The notes under the pieces are model-generated. The model searched no databases. It was not told where the DNA came from and saw only the letters and a list, made by a program, of their open reading frames with translations. DNA of 64,000 nt, taken from positions 98,582,001 to 98,646,000 of the forward strand of contig NC_086108.1 in NCBI RefSeq assembly GCF_963921235.1. The letters are read 5' to 3'. This DNA is from Mobula hypostoma. Taxonomy: Eukaryota. Position numbers and translations under genes: made by a program. Of the stretch, positions 26,301 through 36,890 are shown piece after piece; within the stretch, counting starts at the first letter, position 1; each line of letters opens with the position of its first letter.

Positions 26301-27009
26301 TCAGCAGTTAAGGGAAGTCTGGATAGGTATGTGGATGGCTATGGCCCAGGTGCAGGTTGATGGGACTAGGCAGTTTAAATGGTTCAGCATTGACCAGATG
26401 GGCTGAAGGGCCTGTTTCTGTGGTGTACTTTTCTATGACTCTATATGATTGGAAAGGAAGGGGGAAGAAGCCAGATTAAGAAGATGGGACAAAGTAAGGC
26501 ATATGGTAATGTATTGGTTAGCACAATGGTTTTCAGTACAGGCGACCAGGGTTCAATTCCCGCCACTCCCTGTGACTGCGTTGGTTTCTTCCCACAGTCC
26601 AAAAGTAATATTCGCTGTGAAGATCATGTTAAGAAGATCCAGGAGAGCTTTAAACTGTCATAATAAAATAGCAACTTAATTTGTGTTAACTGCTTCATAA
26701 TTGTTGGCCAAAATCCACTCTACGCTTTGATTTTAATGTAGCAATATTTCTAAGCTCCAGTCACACCTGTACCTAATGGAACCCAGATTGCTGGCATTGT
26801 AATAGTGTTTACACTAACCATTACTGGTTGGTATGTAAATTGGTCATTGTAAATTGTCCTGTGATAAATTTGGGATTAAATCGGGGTATTGCTGGGCGTT
26901 GTGGCTCGAATGGCAAGAAGGGCCAATCCCGCGCTGTATCTCAATAAAATAAAATACTGTATTTAGCAATTATATTGATTTGAACCAAGTTGTAATGTTA
27001 TGCATCTGG

Positions 27010-27082
27010 GCTTGGCTAGCTCAGTTAGTAGAACATGTGACTCTTAATCCCGGGGATGTGGGTTTGAACCCCACGTTGGGGT
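27010..27082 (+). pseudogene. tRNA-Lys(CTT) pseudogene
   Basis: gcttggctagctcagttagtagaacatgtgactCTTaatcccggggatgtgggtttgaaccccacgttggg closely follows vertebrate tRNA-Lys-CTT, but the D-loop GG, T-loop TTCG and stems are mutated. Confidence 0.85.
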
Positions 27083-29238
27083 GTTGCTGTTTTGGGGCGG
27101 CACAGTAACGGTTAATTCGTTGTGTTTGAGGTCTAGTGAGTGGGAAAGATTGGTAAGTGCCTCAAGAAAGTAGCATCTATCATCAAGGATGGCCACCATT
27201 CAGGCCATGCTTTCTTCTTGCTGCTGCCAGTAGAAAGGATATATAGAAATCTTGGTTCATAAACAGTTATTTCCCTTCAACCATCAGGCTCCTGAACCGT
27301 TATGGATAACGTTACTCACCTCAGTTCTGAACTGATTCCACAACCTATCGACTCACTTTCAAGGACTCTTGTTCACAGTATTATTTTTTCCTTTTTGCAT
27401 TTGTGCTGATTTTGTCTTTTGCACATTGGTTGTCAGCCTTCATACATACAGTCATAGAATCACGAAGTCATAGAAAAGTACAGCAGAGAAACAGGCTCTT
27501 TGGCCCATCTAGTGCATGTTGAACGATTGAAACTGCCTAATCCCTTTCAACCTGCACCGGGACCTTAGCCCTCCATACCCCCACCATCCATGTCCCTATC
27601 CAAACATCTCTTAAACATTGGCATCGAGCTCACATGCACTCTCACGACCTTCCGAGTTTGTGAGTAGTTTTTCATTGATTCTATTGTATTTCTTTGTTCT
27701 ACCATGAATGCCTGCAAGAAAATGAATCTCAGAGTAGTATATGTTGACATATACATTAAGAACTTCGATAATAAATTTACTTTGAACTTTGAAATGGAAT
27801 ACAGTGAGAAATATTCATTTAAGAGCTTGCTCATCTCCTGTAACTTCCAATGAGGACAACCACACTGATCCTTAAGGGGTACTATTTTCTCCCTGGCTAT
27901 CCTTTTGCTCTTTAGTATACTTAGATAGAACATAGAACAGTGCAGCACAGTACGTTGTTATGCTGACCCATATAAACGTACTCCATGATTAATCTAGCCC
28001 TACCCTGCTAACAGCCCACAACTCTCCATTTTTTCTTACATTCACGTACCTAGCTAAGAGTTTCTTGGATGTCGCTGTTATATCAGCTTCTGCAAACAAT
28101 AAAAGTAAGCAGATAACATTCAGAACAAAAGTGAGTCACACAGACACGAAGCCCAGAGCAGCGGGAGCAGGCCACAGCCCCAGTTCAGCACAGACCGCAG
28201 CCACTCACTTAAACTGATGGCCTCTGTTATTGTCACCCTGGGAAAAAGGCATTTTGCTGTCCACTCTATCAGAATCTCTTTTGATATCCCTTTGGCTTAT
28301 CTGCCAAAGCTATCTCATGTCTCCTTTATGCTCTTCTGCTTTCTCTCTTAAGTGTATTACATCTCTTATACTGCTCAAGGAATTCACTTGATCCCAGCTG
28401 TCTATACCTGCCTCCTTTGTCCTGACCAATGCCTCAATATCCCTTATCAGTCAGGGTTCCCTAACTCTTCCAGCCTTCCTCTGAACTCGAATAGGAACAT
28501 GCTGGCCTTAAACTCTGCCTATCTTATTTTAAAACTCTCCCACTTGCCTTTAGCTACAAACAGCCTCTCCCAATCAATCTTCGGAACTTTGCAATTACCT
28601 ACCATTAAAAAAACTTCTTCGACAAGTTGCACTTCCGTGCTGTCATGGCACCGATAACAGGCCCTTCGGCCCAATTTGTTCATGTCGACCACAGCAGCCT
28701 CCCTGCCAGTCTCAGTTGCCCGCCTTCAGCCCGTAACCCTCCAAACCTATGTCCTATCCAATATGTTATAGTTGTACCCACCTCCACCGCTTCTTGTATC
28801 TGGTCCCTCTACATTTGGGCTCCCCAACCCTGGGGAAAAGCTGTTGTAGTGTGGCGGGCTGACTTATACCTTGCTGAGACAAGGCAGGAACTTTCAGACA
28901 CCTCCTCATACTTAGCCTTTGAAGAGGAACTGATTCTGGATCATGAGAAAACTGTCTCCTACACCATCACACCTCATCAATTCTGGAGATCCCCCATCCA
29001 CGACAACCATAGTTCTCTTACCCTGTACTGCTCGCTTCCATCTCCAACCCAGGATCAGGATCCACGGACCTGACTGTCCGGGTAGGCCCATTGTCTGTCT
29101 GCTCCTGCCCCACTGAACTCGTGTCCTCATACCTTGTGAAGAAAAAGAATTTCAGGACGTATATTGTGTACATTTCTCTGACATTAAATATACCTCTTGG
29201 CTCCATTCTATCTTCTGCGATTCAGTCCCTACTTGCAT

Positions 29239-32200
29239 AGAACATAGAACATAGAATAGTACAGCACAGTACAGGCCCTTTGGCCCACAATGTTGTGCCG
29301 ATCCTCAAACCCTGCCTCCCATATAAGCCCCCACCTTAAATTCCTCCATATACCTGTCTAGTAGTCTCTTAAACTTCACTAGGGTATCTGCCTCCACCAC
29401 TGACTCAGGCAGTGCATTCCACGCACCAACCACTCTCTGAGTAAAAAACCTTCCCCTAAAATCCCCCTTGAACTTCCCACCCCTTACCTTAAAGCCATGT
29501 CCACTTGTATTGAGCAGTGGTGCCCAAGGGAAGAGGCGCTGGCTATCCACTCTATCTATTCCTCTTATTATCTTGTACACCTCTATCATGTCTCCTCTCA
29601 TCCTCCTTCTCTCCAAAGAGTAAAGCCCTAGCTCCCTTAATCTCTGATCATAATGCATACTTTCTAAACCAGGCAGCATCCTGGTAAATCTCCTCTGTAC
29701 CCTTTCCAATGCTTCCACATCCTTCCTATAGTGAGGCGACCAGAACAGGACACAGTACTCCAAGTGTGGCCTAACCAGAATTTTACAGAGCTGCATCATT
29801 ACATCGCGACTCTTAAACTCTGTCCCTCGACTTATGAAAGCTAACACCCCATAAGCTTTCTTAACTACCCTATCTTCCTGTGAGGCAACTTTCAGGGATC
29901 TGTGGACATGTACCCCCAGATGCCTCTGCTCCTCCACACTACCAAGTGTCCTGCCATTTACATTGTACTCTGCCTTGGAGTTTGTCCTTCCAAAGTGTAC
30001 CACCTCACACTTCTCCAGGTTGAACTCCATCTGCCACTTCTCAGCCCACTTCTGCATCCTGTCAATGTCTCTCTGCAATCTTTGACAATCCTCTACACGA
30101 TCTACAACACCACCAACCTTTGTGTCGTCTGCAAACTTGCCAACCCACCCTTCTATTCCCACATTCAGGTCATTAATAAAAATCACAAAAGGTAGAGGTC
30201 CCAGAACAGATCCTTGTGGGGCACCACTAGTCACAATCCTCCAATCTGAATGTACTCCCTCCACCACCACCCTCTGCCTTCTGCAGGCAAGCCAATTCTG
30301 AATCCACCTGGCCAAACTTCCCTGGATCCCATGCCTTATGACTTTTTGAATAAGTCTACCGTGTGGAACCTTGTCAAATGCCTTACTAAAATCCGTATAG
30401 ATCACATCCACTGCACTACCCTCATCTATATGCCTGGTCACCTTCTCAAAGAACTCTATCAGACTTGTTAGACACGATCTGCCCTTCACAAAGCCATGCT
30501 GACTGTCCCTGATCAGACCATGATTCTCTAAATGCCCATAGATCCTATCTCTAAGAATCTTTTCCAACAGCTTTCCCAGCACAGACGTAAGGCTCACTGG
30601 TCTATAATTACCCAGACTATCCCTACTACCTTTTTTGAACAAGGGGACAACATTCGCCTCCCTCCAATCATCCGGTACCATTCCCGTGGAAAACGAGGAC
30701 ATAAAGATCCTAGCCAGAAGCTCAGCAATCTCTTCCCTTGCTTCGTGAAGCAGCCTGGGGAATATTCCGTCAGGCCCCGGGGACTTATCCATCCTAATGT
30801 ATTTTAACAACTCCAACACCTCCCCTCCCTTAATATCAACATGCTCCAGAACATCAACCTCACTCATATTATCCTCACCATCATCAAGTTCCCTCTCATT
30901 GGTGAATACCGAAGAGAAGTATTCATTGAGGACCTCGCTCACTTCCACAGCCTCCGGGCACATCTTCCCACCTTTATCTCTAATCGGTCTTACCTTCACT
31001 CCTGTCATCCTTTTTTTCTTAACATAATTGAAGAATGCCTTGGGGTTTTCCTTTACCCTACTCACCAAGGCCTTCTCATGCCCCCTTCTTGCTCTTCTCA
31101 GCCCCTTCTTAAGCTCCTTTCTTGCTTCCCTATATTCCTCAATAGATCCATCTGATCCGTGCTTCCTAAACCTCATGTATGCTGCCTTCTTCCACCTGAC
31201 TAGATTTTCCACCTCACTTGTCATCCATGGTTCCTTCACCCTACCATTCTTTATCTTCCTCACCGGGACAAATTTATCCCTAACATCCTGCAAGAGATCC
31301 CTAAACATCGACCACATGTCCATAGTACATTTCCCTGCAAAAACATCATCCCAATTCACACCCGCAAGTTCTAGCCTTATAGTCTCATAATTTGCCCTTC
31401 CCCAATTAAAAATTTTCCTGTCCTCTCTGATTCTATCCTTTTCCATGATAATGCTAAAGGCCAGGGAGCGGTGGTCACTATCACCCAGATGCTCACCCAC
31501 TGAGAGATCTGTGACCTGACCCGGTTCATTACCTAGTACTAGATCTAGTATGGCATTCCCCCTAGTTGGCCTGTCCACATACTGTGACCGGAATCCGTCC
31601 TGGACACACTTAACAAACTCTGTCCCATCTAAACCCTTAGAGCTAATCAGGTGCCAATCAATATTAGGGAAGTTAAAATCACCCATGATAACAACCCTGT
31701 TATTTTTGCACCTTTCCAAAATCTCCCTCCCAATCTGCTCCTCTGTATCTCTGCTGCTACCAGGGGGCCTATAGAATACCCCCAATAGAGTAACTGCTCC
31801 CTTCCTGTTCCTGACTTCCACCCATACTGACTCAAAAGAGGATCCTGCTACATTACCCCCCCTTTCTGTAGCTGTAATAGTATCCCTGACCAGTAATGCC
31901 ACCTCTCCTCCCCCTTTTCCGCCCTCTCTATCCCTTTTAAAGCACTGAAATCCAGGAATATTGAGAATCCATTCCTGCCCTGGTGCCAGCCAAGTCTCTG
32001 TAATGGCCACTACATCATAATTCCATGTATGTATCCAAGCTCTCAGTTCATCACCTTTGTTCCTGATGCTTCTTGCATTGAGGTACACACATTTCAGCCC
32101 TTCTACCTTACTGTCTTTACACCGTTTATTCTGCTTCTCTTTCCTCAAAGTCTCCCTATATGTTAGATCTGGCTTTACTCCATGCACTTCTTTCTCTGCT

Positions 32201-32983
32201 CTATCGCTCCAGGTCCCATCCCTCTTGCAAATTAGTTTAAACCCTCCCGAACCATGCTAGCAAACCTACCTGCAAGGATATTGCTCCCCCTTGAGTTCAG
32301 GTGCAACCCATCCAATCTGTACAGGTCCCACCTTCCCCAGAAGAGATCCCAATGATCCAAAAATCTAAAACCCTGCTCCCTGCACCAACTCCTCAGCCAT
32401 GCATTCAATTGCCATCTCCTCCAATTCTTACCATCACTGTCACGTAGCACTGGCAGCAATCCTGAGAACGCCACCTTTGAGGTCCTGTTCTTCAGCCTTC
32501 TGCCTTTTTCCCGAAACTCACACTTCAGGACCTCATCCCTCTTCCTGCCTATGTCGTTGGCCCCTACATGTATCACGAATTCAGGTTGCTTTCCCTCTCG
32601 TACCGGGATGTCGTGCACCCGGTCAGAGACATCCTGGACCTTGGCACCCAGGAGGCAACAAACCATGCGGGTGTCCTTCTCACGCCCACAAAATCTCCTG
32701 TCTGCTCCCCTGACTATAGAGCCTCCAATGACGACAGCTCTCCTCTTCTCCGTCCCACCCTTCTGGACCACCAGGTCAGTCTCAGTGCCAGAGGCCCTGC
32801 CACCGTGGCTCACACCTGGTCGGTCGTCCCCGCCAACAGTATCCAGGACAGTAAACTTATTATTCAGCGGAATGGCTACAGGGGTGCTATGCACTACCTG
32901 TCTGCTCACCTTCACTTTCCCCCCTCTGACTGTCACCCAACGACCTGCTTCCGACAGCCTAGGTGTGACTACCTCCCTGTAGC
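29239..32983 (-). mobile_element. CR1 LINE with 5'-truncated ORF1 and intact ORF2
   Basis: 3' tail read on + as (catagaa)n at 29236-29256; ORF1 and ORF2 listed separately. Confidence 0.95.
29305..32187 (-). CDS. CR1 ORF2: APE endonuclease plus reverse transcriptase (960 aa, uninterrupted)
   Basis: YLNARS, ITETWL, YRPP, GDFN and SDH (EN); [25 protein letters not shown] and KFADDTK (RT). Confidence 0.95.
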   Translation of the reverse strand: MHGVKPDLTYRETLRKEKQNKRCKDSKVEGLKCVYLNARSIRNKGDELRAWIHTWNYDVVAITETWLAPGQEWILNIPGFQCFKRDREGGKGGGEVALLVRDTITATERGGNVAGSSFESVWVEVRNRKGAVTLLGVFYRPPGSSRDTEEQIGREILERCKNNRVVIMGDFNFPNIDWHLISSKGLDGTEFVKCVQDGFRSQYVDRPTRGNAILDLVLGNEPGQVTDLSVGEHLGDSDHRSLAFSIIMEKDRIREDRKIFNWGRANYETIRLELAGVNWDDVFAGKCTMDMWSMFRDLLQDVRDKFVPVRKIKNGRVKEPWMTSEVENLVRWKKAAYMRFRKHGSDGSIEEYREARKELKKGLRRARRGHEKALVSRVKENPKAFFNYVKKKRMTGVKVRPIRDKGGKMCPEAVEVSEVLNEYFSSVFTNERELDDGEDNMSEVDVLEHVDIKGGEVLELLKYIRMDKSPGPDGIFPRLLHEAREEIAELLARIFMSSFSTGMVPDDWREANVVPLFKKGSRDSLGNYRPVSLTSVLGKLLEKILRDRIYGHLENHGLIRDSQHGFVKGRSCLTSLIEFFEKVTRHIDEGSAVDVIYTDFSKAFDKVPHGRLIQKVIRHGIQGSLARWIQNWLACRRQRVVVEGVHSDWRIVTSGAPQGSVLGPLPFVIFINDLNVGIEGWVGKFADDTKVGGVVDRVEDCQRLQRDIDRMQKWAEKWQMEFNLEKCEVVHFGRTNSKAEYNVNGRTLGSVEEQRHLGVHVHRSLKVASQEDRVVKKAYGVLAFISRGTEFKSRDVMMQLCKILVRPHLEYCVLFWSPHYRKDVEALERVQRRFTRMLPGLESMHYDQRLRELGLYSLERRRMRGDMIEVYKIIRGIDRVDSQRLFPWAPLLNTSGHGFKVRGGKFKGDFRGRFFTQRVVGAWNALPESVVEADTLVKFKRLLDRYMEEFKVGAYMGGRV

Positions 32984-33086
32984 CATTTGGACCCATCCAA
33001 ATCCAAACAGTGGGGTAGGGTCCCATCCAAACCCAAACAGTGGGATAGGGTCCCATCCAAACCCAAACAGTGGGATAGGGTCCCAT
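32232..33086 (-). CDS. CR1 ORF1 C-terminal SGNH/GDSL esterase-like domain, N-terminally fused to minisatellite-encoded MGPYPTVWVW repeats
   Basis: VVIGGSIVR, HVGANDIG and DGLHLN blocks; the first ~33 aa come from the 30-bp repeat. Confidence 0.8.
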   Translation of the reverse strand: MGPYPTVWVWMGPYPTVWVWMGPYPTVWIWMGPNGYREVVTPRLSEAGRWVTVRGGKVKVSRQVVHSTPVAIPLNNKFTVLDTVGGDDRPGVSHGGRASGTETDLVVQKGGTEKRRAVVIGGSIVRGADRRFCGREKDTRMVCCLLGAKVQDVSDRVHDIPVREGKQPEFVIHVGANDIGRKRDEVLKCEFREKGRRLKNRTSKVAFSGLLPVLRDSDGKNWRRWQLNAWLRSWCREQGFRFLDHWDLFWGRWDLYRLDGLHLNSRGSNILAGRFASMVREGLN

Positions 33087-33201
33087 CCAAACCCAAACAG
33101 TGTGATGCAGTCCTATCCAAACCCAAATACGGTCCCATCCAAACCCAAACAGTGGGATACAGTCCCATCCAAACCCAAATAGTGGGATACAGTCCCATCC
33201 A
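32989..33201. repeat. 30-bp minisatellite, about 7 copies (GTCCCATCCAAACCCAAACAGTGGGATAGG)
   Basis: Head-to-tail copies read directly from the sequence; one internal copy is shortened to about 22 bp. Confidence 0.95.
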
Positions 33202-33401
33202 CCTGCTCTCTCGGTTTCATGCTGGAGTTTCTCTTCCAGTGCTGAGCTTCCTTGGGACTGTTGGCCACCAGGTCCAAGTTCTTTTTCCTTCCTTTAAAGA
33301 TGATGCTGAAGTTGTAATCACTGCAATTCTCCAAGGTCACCTCTGAATGGTGACCTGCCCTCACCTCCTGGATGTCATCAATCGAGAAGATTTGGTTCCT
33401 G
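33196..33401 (-). pseudogene. Fragment of a phospholipase C-delta PH domain
   Basis: RNQIFSIDDIQEVRAGHHSEV...FSIIFKGRKKNLDLVANSPKEAQHW...SMKPREQVD aligns by eye with PLCD1 SQLFSIEDIQEVRMGHRTE...[25 protein letters not shown]...SMDQRQKLQ, with two short internal deletions. Confidence 0.85.
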
Positions 33402-35929
33402 GCATCTGCAACACTTTTCATGCTTTTGATTTCCTCACTACTTTCAATCTCCCGGCCCTGACCACCTCATTTTCACCATGGATGTTCAGTCCCTATACAT
33501 TTCTATCCCCCATCAAGAAGGCTTTAAATCTCTTTGCTTCTTTCTCAATAAAAGACTCCCTCCACCTCTATCCTTCTCCATCTGGCAGAACTGGCCCTCG
33601 TTGTCAACAGTTTTTCCTTCGGCTCCTCCCTCTTTCTCCAGACTCAAGGGGTAGCCATGGGCCCCAGCTATGCCTGTTGGCTATGCAGAACAGTTCATGT
33701 TGCAAGCCTTTCCAAGTAGTGCACCCCAACTCTTGCTGCGTTAACATTGATGGCTGCATTGGTGCTGCTTCACGCGCCCATGTTGAATTTGTAAGTTTCA
33801 CCAATTTTCCCTCCAACTTCCAACCTGCCTTTAAATTCACTTGGTGCATTTCTGACTCCACTCTCCTCTTTCTCGACCTCTCTGTCTCCATCTCTGGAGA
33901 TAAACTGTTGACTGATATCTTTTATAAACCTACCAATTCCCACAGTTATCTTGACTATACCTCTTCCCACTGTCTCTTTCCTGTAAAAATGCTATTCCCT
34001 TTTCTCAGTTCCTCCTTTTTTACCACATCTGTTCCTAGGATGCAGCTTTCCTTTCCAGGTTATCAGAGATATCGTTCTTCTTCAAATAACGCGATTTCCC
34101 TTCCTCCACCGTTGATGCTGCTCTCAACCCCATCTCCTCCCTTTCCCGAATGTCTGTCCTCACCCCATCTTCCCGCCACCTTAACAGTGACAGTTCCTTT
34201 CCCCTTTGTCCTTACCTACCACCCCATGAGCCTCCGCATACAACACATCATTTCCACAATTTCCACCTTCTCCAGGGAGATACTACTACCAAACATATCT
34301 TTACCTCCCCTCACTCTCTGCTTTCCACAGGGATCACTCCGTCCGTGATTCCTTTGCCCTTTCGTCCCTCCCTCGTAATCTTCTTCCCTGCACTTATCCC
34401 TGCAAACAGTCAAGATGCTACACTTGCCCATTCACCTCCTCCCTCATCTCCATTCAGGTCCCTAAAAAATCCTTCCAGATGAGGCAATACTTCACCTGTG
34501 TCCAGTGCTCCCGATGTAGGCTGCTGTATATTGGTGAGACCCGTTGTAAATTGGGGGACAGCTTTGTCGAGCATTTCCACTCTATCCAGCAAAAAGTGGA
34601 ATTTCCGGTGGCCAAACATTTTAATTCTGATTCCCATGCCAGTAACCACATATTGTTCCGTGACCTCTGGAGCCACGATGAGCCCACCCTCTGGGTGGAG
34701 GAGCAACACCTTGTATTCCATCTGGGTAGTCTCCAACCTGATGACATGTATATCAGTTTCTCCTTCGGGTAACAAAAAATTCCCTCCCCCTCAGCTCTTC
34801 AAATCCCCACTCTGACCTCTTGCCTCTTCTCCCCTGCCTTTGGGTCCCCTCCTCTTACCCTTTCTCCTATGGTCTACTCTACTCCCTTCGCCTATCAGAT
34901 TCCTTCTCCTCCAGCCCTTTATCGTTCCTGCCCACCTGGCTTCACCTATCACCTTCCAACTATCCTCCTTCACCTTTTTATTCCGGTGTCTTGCCCCTTC
35001 CTTTCCAGTCCTGAAGAAGGGTCTCAGCCCAAAACACCGACTGCTCATTCATTTCCATGGATGCTGCCTGACCTACTGAGCTCCCCCACCACTTTTGTGT
35101 ATGCTGCTTTGGATTTACAGCACCTGCAGAATTTCTTGTCTTTAAATTTAGACTATGACTGCCCAACCTATTCATACATTTCATGATTTTATAAACTACA
35201 TGAGGTCGTCTCTCATTCTCCTACACTCCAAGCAATAATGATCCAGTGTGGCCAACCTGTCTCGATAACTGAGCTCCTCTAGTCCAGCCAGCATCTTCAA
35301 AAATCTCTTCTGCACCCTCTCCAGCTTGACGATTGTCAAAACTGTTTTAGGATTAGGTTAGATTAGATTATGAGGACACCCGGTCCTCATTTATTGTCAT
35401 TTAGTAATGCATGCGTTAAGAAATGATACATTATTCCTCCGGTGTGATATCACAAAACACAGGACAAACCAAGACTGAAAAAGCTAACAAAACCACATAA
35501 TTATAACATGTAGTTACAACAGTGCAACAATACCATAATTTGATGAAGAACAGTCCATGGCACAGTTAAAAGAGTTCAAAGTTTCTCGAAAGTCCCACAT
35601 CTCACACAGACAGGAGAAGGAAGAAAACTCTCCCTGCCATGCCCGACCACAGTCCAACTCTGAGTCGTCCGAAAACTTCGAGCCTCCGATCAGCCCTCCA
35701 ACACTGAATACCGAGCACCATCTCTATCCGAACGATCCGACCTCAGTCTCGGTCACCAGCAGCAGGCAAAGCCAGGGATTTTGAGGCCTTTCCTCCGGAA
35801 GATTCTCGATCGCCCAGTAACAGCAACAGCGAACTGGCGTTTCAGAAATTTCTCCAGATGTTCCTCTGTGCTTTCACGTCTGTCTCCATCAAATCAGAAT
35901 TGTCCACGTCCCCTATTTAACGGATATGA

Positions 35930-36890
35930 TATAATTTTCATCGGAGAGCAGCCAGTCAGTATAACCTCCGCCACATTTCTGTAGAAGTTAGTCAATGTTA
36001 CAGATGTTACGCCGCATCTTCGCAAACTCCTAACGAAATAGAGGCGCTGTTGTGCTTTCTTCATAATTGCTCTTATGTGCTGGGCCCAGGATAGGTCCTC
36101 AAATGATAACATCGAGGAATTTAAAGTTGCTGACCCTCTCCACCCATGATCCCCTGATGAGGACTGGCTCATGGACCTCCGGTTTCTTCCTCCTGAAGTT
36201 AAGAATCAATCAGCTCCTTGGTTTTGCTGGCCTTGAGTAAGAGGTTGTTTTGACATCACTCAGTCAGTTTTTCAGTCTCCCTCCTACATGCTGATTCATC
36301 ACCACCTTTGATTCGGCCAATGACATTGGTGTCATCAGCAGACTTAAATAAGGCTTTCGAGCTGTGCTTAGACGCACGGTCATAAGAGTAATGTGAGTAA
36401 TGCAAGGGGCTAAAAATGGAGCCTTGTTGTGCACCTGTGCTGTTAAACATTGTGGAGGAGATGTTGTTGTCAATCTGAAATGATGGGAGACTGCAAATGA
36501 GAAAATGGAGGATCTAGTTGCACAAGGAGGTATTGAAGCCAAGGTCTTGAAGCTTATTGATTAGTTTTGGGGACTTTGATGGTATTTAATGCCAAGCTGT
36601 GGTTAATAAAGAGCATTCTGATGTATGCATCTTCACTGGCCAGATGTTCCAGGGTTGAGTGAAGAGCTAATGAAATGACATCTGTTGTGGATCTGTTGTG
36701 TTGGTGGGCAAAATGGAGCAGATCCAAGTCGCTTCTCATGCAGGAGTTGATATTTTTCACCACCAACCTCTCAAAGCATTTCAACACAGTTGATGTAAGT
36801 GCTACTGGACAATAGTCATAGAGACAGGTTATCTCGTTCTTCTTGGGCCCTGGTATAATTGAAGCCTGCTTAAAGCAGGTGGGGACACTA
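35930..36890 (-). mobile_element. Rex1/Babar-type LINE fragment
   Basis: KCFERLV, ISLALHSTLEHL, ADDT and KKAQQRLYFVRSLRR pieces. Confidence 0.8.

Larger units (their letters stand above)
28845..35145 (+). mobile_element. Degenerate Penelope-like retroelement split by the 29239-33401 insertion
   Basis: RT pieces (AVVVWRADLYLAE, GRPIV, FTMDVQSLY, GVAMG), GIY-YIG at 34479-34772 (CSRCRLLYIGET) and terminal repeat at about 35005-35145. Confidence 0.85.

Noticed and set aside
32989..33201. CRISPR-like array (30-bp, partly palindromic repeats)
   Set aside because: Units are head-to-tail with no unique spacers, there are no cas genes, and the context is vertebrate; it is a minisatellite.
33402..33421. 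N-terminal MKSVADA of ORF 33113-33421 as part of PLC-delta
   Set aside because: These bases are the antisense of the resumed Penelope RT sequence, so the ORF start is fortuitous.
33113..33421. Functional PLC-delta gene on the minus strand
   Set aside because: No other PLC exons or flanking splice sites were found; the fragment has internal deletions and sits inside a retro-insertion.
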